A stretch of DNA of 64,000 nucleotides from Methanobacteriota archaeon (GTDB lineage Archaea > Thermoplasmatota > Poseidoniia > Poseidoniales > Thalassarchaeaceae), in assembly GCA_004195615.1 (NCBI GenBank), contig PSPW01000002.1, positions 58,045 through 122,044 of the forward strand, in the 5' to 3' direction. Made by a program: the position numbers and the translations under genes. Below the pieces are notes generated by a model. It was given only the letters and a program-made list of their open reading frames with translations. It was not told the origin of the DNA and made no database searches. Shown piece by piece: positions 45,630-54,827 of the stretch (the stretch's first letter is position 1; the number at the start of each line of letters is the position of its first letter).

Positions 45630-46661
45630 TCAAATGGTTCGAACAGCGACAATTCGGACGGGGTCGACAGGGGACTCATTCTGGGTGTCTAGTTTGCTAA
45701 TTGCATCAACGTGCTCCAATCCCGAAATTACGTATCCGAAGACGGTGTGGCAACTCTTGGCTGAGCAGTCCTTATCGACCTCCCAATCTAGATGGCTTGC
45801 TGAACCATCGGACGGGACAATGTAGAATTGGCTTCCATCGGTGTTCAGACCGCCATGGGCTGCAGCAACGGCGCCAACTGTGTGCTTTAGGCCGTTCTCA
45901 TGCTCGTATGGGATGGTGTAATCCTCCTTCTGCTGGCATTGGCTTTCAGGAACCTGCTCACCATTGCAGAATCCGTAGTAGTGTGCGGCGTATCCTCCAG
46001 AACCACGCTTATTTTCGATGTCGCCGCCTTGAATCATGAATTTGTTAATTACCCTGTGGAACTCTACCCCGTCATACTGGAAGTTCTCTGTATGAGTCAG
46101 GAAGCTCTCCACATGCATAGGCGCATCATCCTTGTACAACTCAATCTGAATCTCACCAGTGATTGTCTGGCCATTGAGAACATACTGGACTTCGAGTGCA
46201 ACCACCGGGTTACTACCATTATCTAGGAACTCAGAAACAAACTTAATCGAAACAAGGAAAGCTGCTAAGGAGAGGACCATCACAAGTAGGCCAATGGGAG
46301 TTGGATTTCCTTGGTCAAACATCTGAATTCCCAGTCCCAGAGAAATTGACTTCTCGTCCATCATCGAGGCAAGCTTGTTCATATTCCTGCGAGTTTTCTT
46401 ATTCTTTGGATCAATCGACAGAGACTTGGTGTAATTCCTGTATGCCTTCTGCCAGTGAGACTTCTGATTCCTCTGGTCAACGATTCCCAACTCAGTTCCG
46501 GCATCTGCAGCCAGAGCGAGTGTCTTGGCCCTCTGAGCCTCATTTTCTATGCTGCTCCAAGCTGATCTTAACGCCAATAGGGCTGCTTCTGGATCGTTCT
46601 TTTCATCAACGAACTCAGTAGCATCGTCCCAAGCTTTCTGTAGTTCCACTGGAATTGGCAC
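45630..46661 (-). CDS. Cyclophilin-type peptidyl-prolyl cis-trans isomerase with N-terminal extension and TM anchor
   Basis: C-terminal cyclophilin domain (FHRVINKFMIQGGD...GSQFYI). N-terminal approximately 130-aa helical region plus TM IGLLVMVLSLAAFLVSIKFV. GTG start at 46661, N-terminus uncertain. Confidence 0.8.
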   Translation of the reverse strand: MPIPVELQKAWDDATEFVDEKNDPEAALLALRSAWSSIENEAQRAKTLALAADAGTELGIVDQRNQKSHWQKAYRNYTKSLSIDPKNKKTRRNMNKLASMMDEKSISLGLGIQMFDQGNPTPIGLLVMVLSLAAFLVSIKFVSEFLDNGSNPVVALEVQYVLNGQTITGEIQIELYKDDAPMHVESFLTHTENFQYDGVEFHRVINKFMIQGGDIENKRGSGGYAAHYYGFCNGEQVPESQCQQKEDYTIPYEHENGLKHTVGAVAAAHGGLNTDGSQFYIVPSDGSASHLDWEVDKDCSAKSCHTVFGYVISGLEHVDAISKLDTQNESPVDPVRIVAVRTI

Positions 46662-46812
46662 GAGCGGGCGAGACCCCCCTCATTGAAAACAGCAACGGAA
46701 GGGACCGAGGTGTGTTTTAGTTGATTTTCTGATGGTAACGCATAAAACCCCTAGTCATCGCCGGAATCTTGCGAGCGACCGTTTAGTGACAGCACTGGGG
46801 ACTAAGAGAACA

Positions 46813-48597
46813 ATGGAAAAAACCGTCAACGATTTCGTAATCAATGTCGCAACTGCTAACGGGACGGGTTCCCAGACATCCAATCTAATCATCCTTCACT
46901 CAATGTTCGAGATGGGATTTCCTGTGAGTGGAAAGAACCTCTTTCCGAGCAACATATCGGGGTTACCGACATGGTTTATCATCAGAGTAAGTGATTTGGG
47001 GTACCAAGCTCCAGGAGATGTAACCAATATTCAAGTTCTGATGAATAAGGACACATGGCTGAAGGATCTTGAGGGTCTTGAGCCGGGGGCAATAGTCGTC
47101 TACAACGAGGACATCAAACTACCAGTAGAAAGGGAGGATTGCGTCCTACTGGGGATGCCTATGACCAAGATGGCACGAAAAATCAACCCAAAACTTGGCA
47201 GACTGATAGCTAACATGTACTATGTCGGGGCTATCGCACACCTCCTTGGAATTGATGAAAGTGCGATTGAGAAGGCCGTACAAGTTCAATTCAAGGGCAA
47301 AGAGAAGGCAGTCGAGTTGAACATGCAAGCAATTTCGGAGGGAATTTCATTTGCAAGGGAGAACTGGGAATTCGAAAGCCATTTCTGCGTTGAGAGTAGA
47401 GAAAAGAATCCAGACTCTTTCCTGATTGAGGGGAATGAGGCGGTTGCGCTTGGCGCCATCTATGGAGGGATCAGCATGCTCTCATGGTATCCGATAACAC
47501 CGTCTTCCTCTCTTGCAGAGTCAGTTATCGGATGGCTTCCGGAACTTCGTAAAGATGGTGCCGGAGGGAGTACTTGCGCCGTGATTCAGGCTGAAGACGA
47601 ACTCGCTGCTGTGGGTATGGTACTTGGTGCTGGATGGGCCGGAGGAAGAGGAATGACATGCACCAGTGGCCCGGGAATCTCCCTAATGTCTGAGATCATC
47701 GGTTTGTTCTACTTCTCTGAGGTCCCCGGCGTAATTTGGGACGTGAACAGAGTAGGGCCTTCTACTGGATTGCCGACCAGGACCCAACAGGGCGATCTCT
47801 CGATGCTGTACGAAGCGAGCCATGGAGATACCCAACATATCGTACTAATTCCTGGAACAGTTGACGAGTGTTTCGAGTTCGGTTGGAGGGCCTTCGACTA
47901 CGCTGAGAGGTTCCAGACAATGGTATTCGGATTCAGCGACCTAGACTTGGGAATGAACCGTTGGGAGACGACTGGTTTCCAATACCCCGATGGACCCATG
48001 GACAGAGGAAAGGTAATCAGAAGCCAAGAAGAGATGGATACCATAGTAAATTATGGTAGATACCGGGATGTCGATGGTGACGGAATACCATTCAGGACAT
48101 TGCCTGGAAGTGGCCTTGATCCCATCCTAAACAGAGGAACGGGCCATGACGAAGACGGAGTATACTCTGAAGACCCACAAGTGTATTACGATACGATGGA
48201 GAGGCTGAAGAGGAAAATTGATGGTTCAAGACCCAATCTACCTGAACCCGTGATTAGAGAGGAAGAGGACAAAGAACTGGGGGTAATCTTCTATGGATCC
48301 ATGGAGAACACCATCGTCGAAATCGACGACATGCTCGGAGAAGCGGGTATTTCGGTGAGCACATGCAGGGTTAGGGCCCTACCCATGCACCCGGAGGTGG
48401 AGGATTTCGTTAGAAGACACGATATGACGATTGTCCTCGAGATTAATCGTGATGGGCAGCTATTCGGCATTATCCGGAAGGAGTTCCCCACTGAGTTGAT
48501 ACCAAAGATTCACAGAGTCGCCTACAGCGATGGAATGCCACCAAGGGCCAGAGTGTATTCCGATAAGATTCTCGAAGTTCTGAACGAGGTGGCTTAA
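46813..48597 (+). CDS. korA: 2-oxoacid:ferredoxin oxidoreductase alpha subunit (fused gamma-alpha type)
   Basis: ATG at 46813 (MEKTVNDFVINVATANGTGSQTSN). Pyruvate/2-oxoacid Fd oxidoreductase gamma-like N-domain followed by the alpha domain. TAATG overlap with the beta subunit. Confidence 0.9.
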   Translation: MEKTVNDFVINVATANGTGSQTSNLIILHSMFEMGFPVSGKNLFPSNISGLPTWFIIRVSDLGYQAPGDVTNIQVLMNKDTWLKDLEGLEPGAIVVYNEDIKLPVEREDCVLLGMPMTKMARKINPKLGRLIANMYYVGAIAHLLGIDESAIEKAVQVQFKGKEKAVELNMQAISEGISFARENWEFESHFCVESREKNPDSFLIEGNEAVALGAIYGGISMLSWYPITPSSSLAESVIGWLPELRKDGAGGSTCAVIQAEDELAAVGMVLGAGWAGGRGMTCTSGPGISLMSEIIGLFYFSEVPGVIWDVNRVGPSTGLPTRTQQGDLSMLYEASHGDTQHIVLIPGTVDECFEFGWRAFDYAERFQTMVFGFSDLDLGMNRWETTGFQYPDGPMDRGKVIRSQEEMDTIVNYGRYRDVDGDGIPFRTLPGSGLDPILNRGTGHDEDGVYSEDPQVYYDTMERLKRKIDGSRPNLPEPVIREEEDKELGVIFYGSMENTIVEIDDMLGEAGISVSTCRVRALPMHPEVEDFVRRHDMTIVLEINRDGQLFGIIRKEFPTELIPKIHRVAYSDGMPPRARVYSDKILEVLNEVA

Positions 48598-49622
48598 TGG
48601 TGAGGTTGAACGTAATAGAACTGGAAAAATCCGAGTACACTGGTGGGAAGTCCTCGTTGTGCCCGGGATGCGGGCACGACCAGATTTCGAATAACATAAT
48701 CCAAGCCGCTTGGGAAAACGGCATTCAACCTGAGAAGATTGCAAAGATGAGTGGCATTGGTTGCTCTTCGAAGACTCCTGCCTACTTCCTCGGAAAGAGC
48801 CACGGATTCAACACCGTCCATGGAAGGATGCCCTCAGTAACTACGGGAGCGAACATGGTGAACAAGGACCTGAGCTTCTTGGCGGTATCGGGAGACGGGG
48901 ATACCGCAAGCATAGGAATAGGACAGTTTATTCACGTCATCAGGAGAAACCTGGACATGGTGTACATCGTCGAAAACAACGGCGTCTACGGCCTTACAAA
49001 GGGGCAGTACAGCGCAACTGTCGAGAAGGGTTCGAAGAAGAAGAAAGGAGTTCCTAATCAACAAGCACCAATAGATCTCTGTGCAATGGCAATAAACCTA
49101 GGATGCAGCTTCGTAGCACGCTCCTTCTCAGGGAGCAAGAAGCAGTTGAGTGCACTGATTAGGGCCGCTATGAGTCATAGAGGGATGGCATTCATTGACG
49201 TCATATCCCCGTGCGTTACCTTCGCCAACAACGACGAGTCATACAAATCCTACAACTATGTGAAGGCAAATGACGAGGTCCTCCATATCCTCGACTACAT
49301 CCCCCACTTCTCGCCACTAGAGGAGGTTGAGGTCCCAGATGGTGAATTCAGAGAGGTGAATCTGTTCGACGGTTCGACCTTGAGATTGGAGACCGTGGCA
49401 GCCGAACACGATTACACTGATGCCGTTTCCGCATTGAGGGCCATTCACGAATCCGAGAAGGCGGAAAGGCATGTCACTGGGTTGCTCTACTACGACGAGA
49501 ACGTCCCCACGGCCACGGATGCACTTGGACTGAGCGACACGCCACTTGTTGAACTGGCCGAAGACCTGCTGCGACCCAGTGAGGACAGCCTTGAGAGGGT
49601 GAATGCTAGTTTCAGGTCTTGA
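48597..49622 (+). CDS. korB: 2-oxoacid:ferredoxin oxidoreductase beta subunit (TPP-binding)
   Basis: CPGCGH cysteine motif and TPP-binding GDGD region (VSGDGDTASIG). Confidence 0.9.
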   Translation: MVRLNVIELEKSEYTGGKSSLCPGCGHDQISNNIIQAAWENGIQPEKIAKMSGIGCSSKTPAYFLGKSHGFNTVHGRMPSVTTGANMVNKDLSFLAVSGDGDTASIGIGQFIHVIRRNLDMVYIVENNGVYGLTKGQYSATVEKGSKKKKGVPNQQAPIDLCAMAINLGCSFVARSFSGSKKQLSALIRAAMSHRGMAFIDVISPCVTFANNDESYKSYNYVKANDEVLHILDYIPHFSPLEEVEVPDGEFREVNLFDGSTLRLETVAAEHDYTDAVSALRAIHESEKAERHVTGLLYYDENVPTATDALGLSDTPLVELAEDLLRPSEDSLERVNASFRS

Positions 49623-49681
49623 GTGAATAGTTCTGATTACTCGGTTTTCTTGAAATATCCGGGCCTTGTCCGTGTAACACC

Positions 49682-49757
49682 AGTCCCTTGGTGTAGTGGT
49701 CCATCATATGGCGTTCTGGGCGCCATGACCCTGGTTCGAATCCGGGAGGGACTACCA
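49682..49757 (+). tRNA. tRNA-Gln (anticodon CTG), CCA encoded
   Basis: Acceptor AGTCCCT/AGGGACT, anticodon stem TGGCG/CGCCA with loop TTCTGGG, T arm CCTGG-TTCGAAT-CCGGG, discriminator A and CCA. The D arm carries a 13-22 mismatch and a G-U pair. Confidence 0.78.
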
Positions 49758-49772
49758 AAGGAAAAGTCACGC

Positions 49773-49951
49773 TAAACATACTGGTAGAGAAGTTGGGAGA
49801 CCCAACTGACCATCATGACGATCATGAACCATCCCAAGGCTAGTTTTGCTAATTTCGTGGGTTTCTTCTTCGGTGGAAACGGGTCTATTCCAGCATCCAA
49901 GGCCTGGGCAATGATCTCTAACTCCTCCTCAATAGTCTCAGGGGTCCCCAT
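49773..49951 (-). CDS. Possible 59-aa small membrane protein (below the 60-aa ORF-track cutoff)
   Basis: Own translation: MGTPETIEEELEIIAQALDAGIDPFPPKKKPTKLAKLALGWFMIVMMVSWVSQLLYQYV. ATG lies 5 nt downstream of the aldo/keto reductase stop on the same strand. Single predicted TM. Confidence 0.25.
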
Positions 49952-49955
49952 CTCC

Positions 49956-50804
49956 TCACTTCTCCGAGGTCGGATCCCATCCTGATACGTAGGACTCCTC
50001 GAGTGATGCGAAGGCGTCTTCTGTTCCGGACAGATCTAACTCCAAAGAGCCTAGGTTTTCCTCAATACGACTGGGATTGCTAGACTTTGGAATTGTAATT
50101 GAACCGGAGTCGATGCACCACTTTATCGCAGCCTGTGCTGGTGTGCATCCTAGGAATTTGGCGATTTTTCCAAGCTCTGGGTCCTCGACCTTGTGCCCCC
50201 TGGCTAACGGAGAGTATGCCATAGGGACTGCCCCAATTCCGGAAATTGCTGCTCTGAGAGCTGACCTCTGAAGCCATGGGTTTATCTCGATCTGGTTCAC
50301 TGATGGCATCAGAGATGCATATGAAACCATAGCGTCTAGGTGATGAGCCCCATAGTTGCTGACTCCGATAGAACGAGTCCATCCTTTCGATAGACATTCC
50401 TCCATTCCGGTCCAGACCGGGGCTCTTGCAGCTAGTTCCTTCGGAGGCGCGTGGACTAGGTACAGGTCCATGTAATCGAGGCCTAAGTTCTCTAGACTCT
50501 GCTGGCACCTCTCAAGCGTCTCCTCGTGACTGTTCGCATGGGGCTGCCTGAGTTTCGTGACCACAAATATCTCCTTCCTCTCGATCCCAGACTCTCTTAT
50601 CGCCTGGCCCACCTCGTCCTCGTTGCCATAGGCCATTGCGGTGTCAATGAGGCGGTAGCCATTCTCCAGAGCATGCTTAACAGCTGCTTTACATTCGCCT
50701 GGTTCACCCATCAAGTACACTCCAAGGCCAAAATTGGGCATCTCGATCTCGTGCACTTTTCGACCTGTGGCTGTGTCCGTGTTGGATATGGTAACTGTCT
50801 CCAT
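49956..50804 (-). CDS. Aldo/keto reductase
   Basis: AKR family blocks (GYRLIDTAMAYGNE, catalytic Y/K region, IPKSSNPSRIEENL). Confidence 0.9.
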   Translation of the reverse strand: METVTISNTDTATGRKVHEIEMPNFGLGVYLMGEPGECKAAVKHALENGYRLIDTAMAYGNEDEVGQAIRESGIERKEIFVVTKLRQPHANSHEETLERCQQSLENLGLDYMDLYLVHAPPKELAARAPVWTGMEECLSKGWTRSIGVSNYGAHHLDAMVSYASLMPSVNQIEINPWLQRSALRAAISGIGAVPMAYSPLARGHKVEDPELGKIAKFLGCTPAQAAIKWCIDSGSITIPKSSNPSRIEENLGSLELDLSGTEDAFASLEESYVSGWDPTSEK

Positions 50805-50878
50805 GCACTGCGAAGGCTAGCAGGCATATTCAATCGTTATCGTAGCGAGGTTGAAGCCTCGAATCCCTTCGAGTACCC

Positions 50879-52420
50879 GTGGACGAATTGCCAGGAGGAT
50901 TAGATTTACCTCCCTTGGAGGTCCGTCCCTACGTTCCCTCTGCCTCCGTAATGCTAAGCAGAGAGGCAGTTGACGGATACGAGGTTTTGATGGGGCACAG
51001 GATTTCTGAGCTTCCGGCATTCCCTGATCTCTGGTCTTTCCCGGGAGGCGGTGTTAGCAGAGTAGACAGGAGGACTGCAGATAGCCATCCCGAGTGGCTC
51101 GCAGAAAGGGGTGCAGACAGACTCTCCGCATTCACCCTGCTGAGGGAGATGATCGAGGAAGTGGGAATCACCCCGGATGGTAAAGGGGGCTTCACCGAAG
51201 TGGACGACGAAGTCAGAGGGATTGTATGCAGGAACAAATCAGGATGGTTGGAAGTTGCCGAATCAGGTAGGATTTCCACTTCTGGTTTCGATTGCCATGT
51301 CATCACTGAGAGGATTACACCGCCTCAGTCTCCAACTAGATTCCACAACCTATTCTTTCACGTAGCACTGGGTGATTCCGGTGCAGAGCCATCATTCCCA
51401 CCCAGTCGGAGTGAGTTCGATGAATTCCGCTGGTGGAGGCCCAAGGACATCATCTCATCGTGGGAGAGGAACGAATTACATATCCCTCCTCCAATTGTAA
51501 CCATATTCAGGGACTTGATCGAGCTGATGAGGGATGAGGACCTGATGTCCGCCTGTCAGGTCATGTCCGAGGATCCGCCGTCTGGCCCTCATAGATTCGA
51601 GTATGGTCCTGGAGTGGAATGCATACTAATCCCAACAGATACTCTCCCCCCATCCACGCACACAAACTGCTTCATCCTAGGAGAAAGAGGGGGTGAGAGA
51701 CTGATTGTCGACCCTGCAATAAGGGATCAAAACGGCTTCGATCTGCTGCGTCTGAAGGTCGAAGAGATCCGTGCCGACGGAAGTAACGTAGTTGCTACAA
51801 TCTTCACCCACCGACATCAGGACCACCTAGGTGACCTCGAGATGATCGAGCAAATCTACCATGCCCCCGTCTGGGCGAGCAAGGAGACTCTGGAGACCCT
51901 TCCCCTGGGGGGTCAGCGCAAGACCCTGGGGGACGGTGAAGCCATCGAGATCCAGGGTCCCAGTGGAGGTTCCGTGTGGGAGGTCATGGAAACGCCTGGT
52001 CACTGCCCGGGACAGATTTGCCTAGTCGGTGAGCCAGGGATTCTGTCTGCTGACAACTGCACAATGGTGGGGACTATCCTAGTGCCTTCCAGTGACGGGA
52101 ACATGGGAGCGTACATCCAAGGTCTGGAGCGGCTCAAGGAAATGGGGGCTCACACGCTATTCCCGGGCCACGGCCCCCTGATACCGAATCCCGAACGAAT
52201 ACTGAGCCTGTACATCAAGCACAGGAAAGCACGTCACGAGAAGGTCTTCGAGGCTATCGAGTCCGGAGCGAGGAGCCTCTCTGAGATATCTGGACGGGCA
52301 TACTCGGACACACCCGATGCTCACCCCTTGCTAGCGAAGGACCAGACTCTCTCGCACCTGAAAGACCTCGTCAATTCCGGTAGGGTAAGTAATGCCGAGG
52401 ATCGATACGAAACTGCCTAG
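50879..52420 (+). CDS. Fusion protein: N-terminal Nudix hydrolase domain plus C-terminal MBL-fold metallo-hydrolase domain
   Basis: Nudix box-like REMIEEVGI after WSFPGGG. MBL motifs HRHQDH, TPGHCPG, SADNC and PGHGP. GTG start at 50879; alternative ATG at 50951. Confidence 0.8.
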   Translation: MDELPGGLDLPPLEVRPYVPSASVMLSREAVDGYEVLMGHRISELPAFPDLWSFPGGGVSRVDRRTADSHPEWLAERGADRLSAFTLLREMIEEVGITPDGKGGFTEVDDEVRGIVCRNKSGWLEVAESGRISTSGFDCHVITERITPPQSPTRFHNLFFHVALGDSGAEPSFPPSRSEFDEFRWWRPKDIISSWERNELHIPPPIVTIFRDLIELMRDEDLMSACQVMSEDPPSGPHRFEYGPGVECILIPTDTLPPSTHTNCFILGERGGERLIVDPAIRDQNGFDLLRLKVEEIRADGSNVVATIFTHRHQDHLGDLEMIEQIYHAPVWASKETLETLPLGGQRKTLGDGEAIEIQGPSGGSVWEVMETPGHCPGQICLVGEPGILSADNCTMVGTILVPSSDGNMGAYIQGLERLKEMGAHTLFPGHGPLIPNPERILSLYIKHRKARHEKVFEAIESGARSLSEISGRAYSDTPDAHPLLAKDQTLSHLKDLVNSGRVSNAEDRYETA

Positions 52421-52470
52421 ATTCGTGTGAATGTTCAAAACACGGTCCTCGATACTGGGGGCGAAGCAGC

Positions 52471-53871
52471 ATGGCTAACAAGGACCGTTGGTGGGACAAA
52501 GAAGAAGACCTCCCCTCTGAAAGCACGGGCTCGACAGACTCGAAGCAGGACGTGGAAGGACTCCTCAATGAGGCTGAGAAGAACCGGATCAAGCGTGAAG
52601 AGGAACTGGCAAAGGCTGAGCATGACTACAAGGTTGCCCAATTTGATAAGAAGAGAAAGGAACTCATGCCAGAAACTGGTACCCAGAGAGGGCCCGGGGA
52701 ACACAAGATCAGAGCCACGTCTAATGGCATGTACCGCACGAATGGAACGATAAACGGCAGAGATGTCACGTTCTTGGTAGACACGGGTGCTACTAATTGC
52801 GCAATGAGTACGAAGATTGCCGAGTACGTTGGAGGGAAACCGGGGAAGAGTTACTGGTCTAGCACAGCCAATGGCAGGGCTAGGTCATTCGAATTGCCAC
52901 TCGATGAAGTCAGAGTGGGGGAGATCGTAGTTCGAAACGTAATGGGGGCCTCGGGCGAAGGGATGCATGATGACTATGTCCTCCTTGGAATGTCTTTCCT
53001 GAATGAGGTCGAGATGGATATTGACGATGACGTGATGACCCTCCGTCAGAATGGATCCGAGAGGGACGTTCAAGAAGGCAAGAAGGGGGTCGAAGACGGG
53101 GTTTTGGGCCTTTGGTGGCTTTCACCTGGAGAGGCAGTTTCGATTGGGATTGCTGCAATGATTGCCATTTTCTTCTTCGGAATGGGAGCAGTCGTAATGG
53201 CCGGGGAGCCGGTGTACGAATATACTGCTGGAGTCGTGCTGGAAGGCACCGAGTGGTGGGAAAACGAGTACGAGTACGAGGATTGCGCATATGACGAATA
53301 CAATGATGTCTACTATGACTGCTATTACTGGTACGAGTATGAATGCGGGGCTGATGTAAAGTACTTCTTCGACGTTGACGGTGCCGAGTTTAGGTCACAA
53401 GGGTCGTTGTTCTTAGGGACGTGGTCGGATTACTGTCTAGAGTTCGCGGAGGACATCGAACTACCGATAGGGAGTTCGGTGACGGTTTGGTACAATGTCG
53501 ACAATCCAGAAGACAGTAGCTTAGATGAACCATTTGGAAGTGGAATTCTCTTCTTCTGCTGTGGGCCAATTTTCCTACTGATCTTGATTGTCACTTTGGT
53601 CAACGCCAGATTCAGCAACGGACCCAAATCCGGCTGGGGAACCGATTTCGGTATTCAATTTAATTCTGGAGGAGGATATCATGGAGGACCCCAGGGTCAC
53701 GGAGGGAGATACTGGGGTCCTAGCTGGGGCCCGAGGATCCGTTTCGGGAGACCATCAAGGAGGGTGCGTACTTCCAGGAGAAGAGGAGGGAGATCATCCG
53801 GCGGCAGAAGGTCATCCGGCGGCAGAAGGTCATCCGGCGGCAGAAGGTCATCCGGTGGCAGAAGAAGATGA
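52471..53871 (+). CDS. Retropepsin-like (clan AA, TIGR02281-type) aspartic protease fused to two TM segments, an aromatic/acidic Cys-containing loop and a (GGRRSS)n tail
   Basis: FLVDTGAT active-site motif at 52780-52800 with flanking TIGR02281-like blocks (INGRDVTFLVDTGATNCAMS...LLGMSFL). TM helices at about aa 215-245 and 350-372. C-terminal GGRRSSGGRRSSGGRRSSGGRRSSGGRRR. Confidence 0.7.
   Translation: MANKDRWWDKEEDLPSESTGSTDSKQDVEGLLNEAEKNRIKREEELAKAEHDYKVAQFDKKRKELMPETGTQRGPGEHKIRATSNGMYRTNGTINGRDVTFLVDTGATNCAMSTKIAEYVGGKPGKSYWSSTANGRARSFELPLDEVRVGEIVVRNVMGASGEGMHDDYVLLGMSFLNEVEMDIDDDVMTLRQNGSERDVQEGKKGVEDGVLGLWWLSPGEAVSIGIAAMIAIFFFGMGAVVMAGEPVYEYTAGVVLEGTEWWENEYEYEDCAYDEYNDVYYDCYYWYEYECGADVKYFFDVDGAEFRSQGSLFLGTWSDYCLEFAEDIELPIGSSVTVWYNVDNPEDSSLDEPFGSGILFFCCGPIFLLILIVTLVNARFSNGPKSGWGTDFGIQFNSGGGYHGGPQGHGGRYWGPSWGPRIRFGRPSRRVRTSRRRGGRSSGGRRSSGGRRSSGGRRSSGGRRR
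53795..53868 (+). repeat. Tandem 18-bp coding repeat (4 copies, catccggcggcagaaggt) encoding the GGRRSS units
   Basis: Units start at 53795, 53813, 53831 and 53849. Seen directly in the sequence. Confidence 0.9.
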
Positions 53872-53919
53872 ACCTAGCAGAAAGAGAACTCTGAAATCAG
53901 AGGGGTTGTTCTGATTCTC

Positions 53920-54774
53920 GTGGAAGGTCTATGGAGCGGTCCTCCAGATTTGGATGGACATGTCGCTGATGAGCATTGGATCGAAGTAGAATCGGGAGTC
54001 TCGATAAGAGTTCTGGTTTGGAAGACAGAGGGGATTAGTCAGGATTTCGGAACTGTGGTAATGGTCCCAGGATGGGGTTCGCTATTCGAGGGATGGCGTC
54101 CATTGGTCACGGAATGGGTCAAGAGCAGACATCTGATTTACATCGAGACCAGAGAGAAGGCCAGTTCGAGGTTCAACAGGAGTATTTCCAAGGATGATTT
54201 CTCCATCGATAGGCACTCGAAGGACATCACTGCAGTTCTCGAGACCCTGAATGTCGATCAAACGAAAATAGACTGGTACTCGTCATCTCTGGGTTCAACA
54301 CTTCTAATCGATGCATTCCAGAGAGGGGATTTGGATGGGAGGAGCTCGGTCCTCCTAGCACCCAACCCAGACTTCAAGTTCCCACTTTGGTCTAGAGTCA
54401 TCATCTACTCGCCACTCCCGATGGTGGTTTTTCGGAAGATGGTGGGTTTCGTAGCATGGGTTGTGGACAGGAGGACGAAGGAGGAGGGGCAGAAGACTCG
54501 TTATCGCAGGGCACTCCTTGCTCAAGACGTCCCACGGATGCTCCTCTCTGCTAGATGGAATCTCGGATACAGACTTCCTGAAGACCTATCTGCAATCAAA
54601 GTTCCATGCGCAGTAATGACTGCCGCATCGGATACCCTACATGACTTCGGCAAGGTCCAGAGAATCGCAGAATCAATTCCAAACTGCGAGACGATCAAGG
54701 TCCCTTCCAACCAGTACGCTCACGAGCCGGATGTCCTGAAGGAAGTCCATGAATTCCACTCTTCCCTCCCATGA
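53920..54774 (+). CDS. Alpha/beta-fold hydrolase
   Basis: HGWGS-type oxyanion region (VMVPGWGS), nucleophile elbow YSSSLGS and C-terminal His region. GTG start. Confidence 0.8.
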   Translation: MEGLWSGPPDLDGHVADEHWIEVESGVSIRVLVWKTEGISQDFGTVVMVPGWGSLFEGWRPLVTEWVKSRHLIYIETREKASSRFNRSISKDDFSIDRHSKDITAVLETLNVDQTKIDWYSSSLGSTLLIDAFQRGDLDGRSSVLLAPNPDFKFPLWSRVIIYSPLPMVVFRKMVGFVAWVVDRRTKEEGQKTRYRRALLAQDVPRMLLSARWNLGYRLPEDLSAIKVPCAVMTAASDTLHDFGKVQRIAESIPNCETIKVPSNQYAHEPDVLKEVHEFHSSLP

Positions 54775-54827
54775 GACTCAGATTTCTCCTATCGATTCCC
54801 TGATGAAGGGCGCCGTTCCGGGAGATA

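Noticed and set aside
46732-46812. N-terminal 27 codons of the korA ORF (MVTHKTPSHRRNLASDRL...)
   Set aside because: Basic, non-conserved extension. The internal ATG at 46813 begins the conserved MEKTVNDFVINVATANG sequence, so the upstream part is probably untranslated leader.
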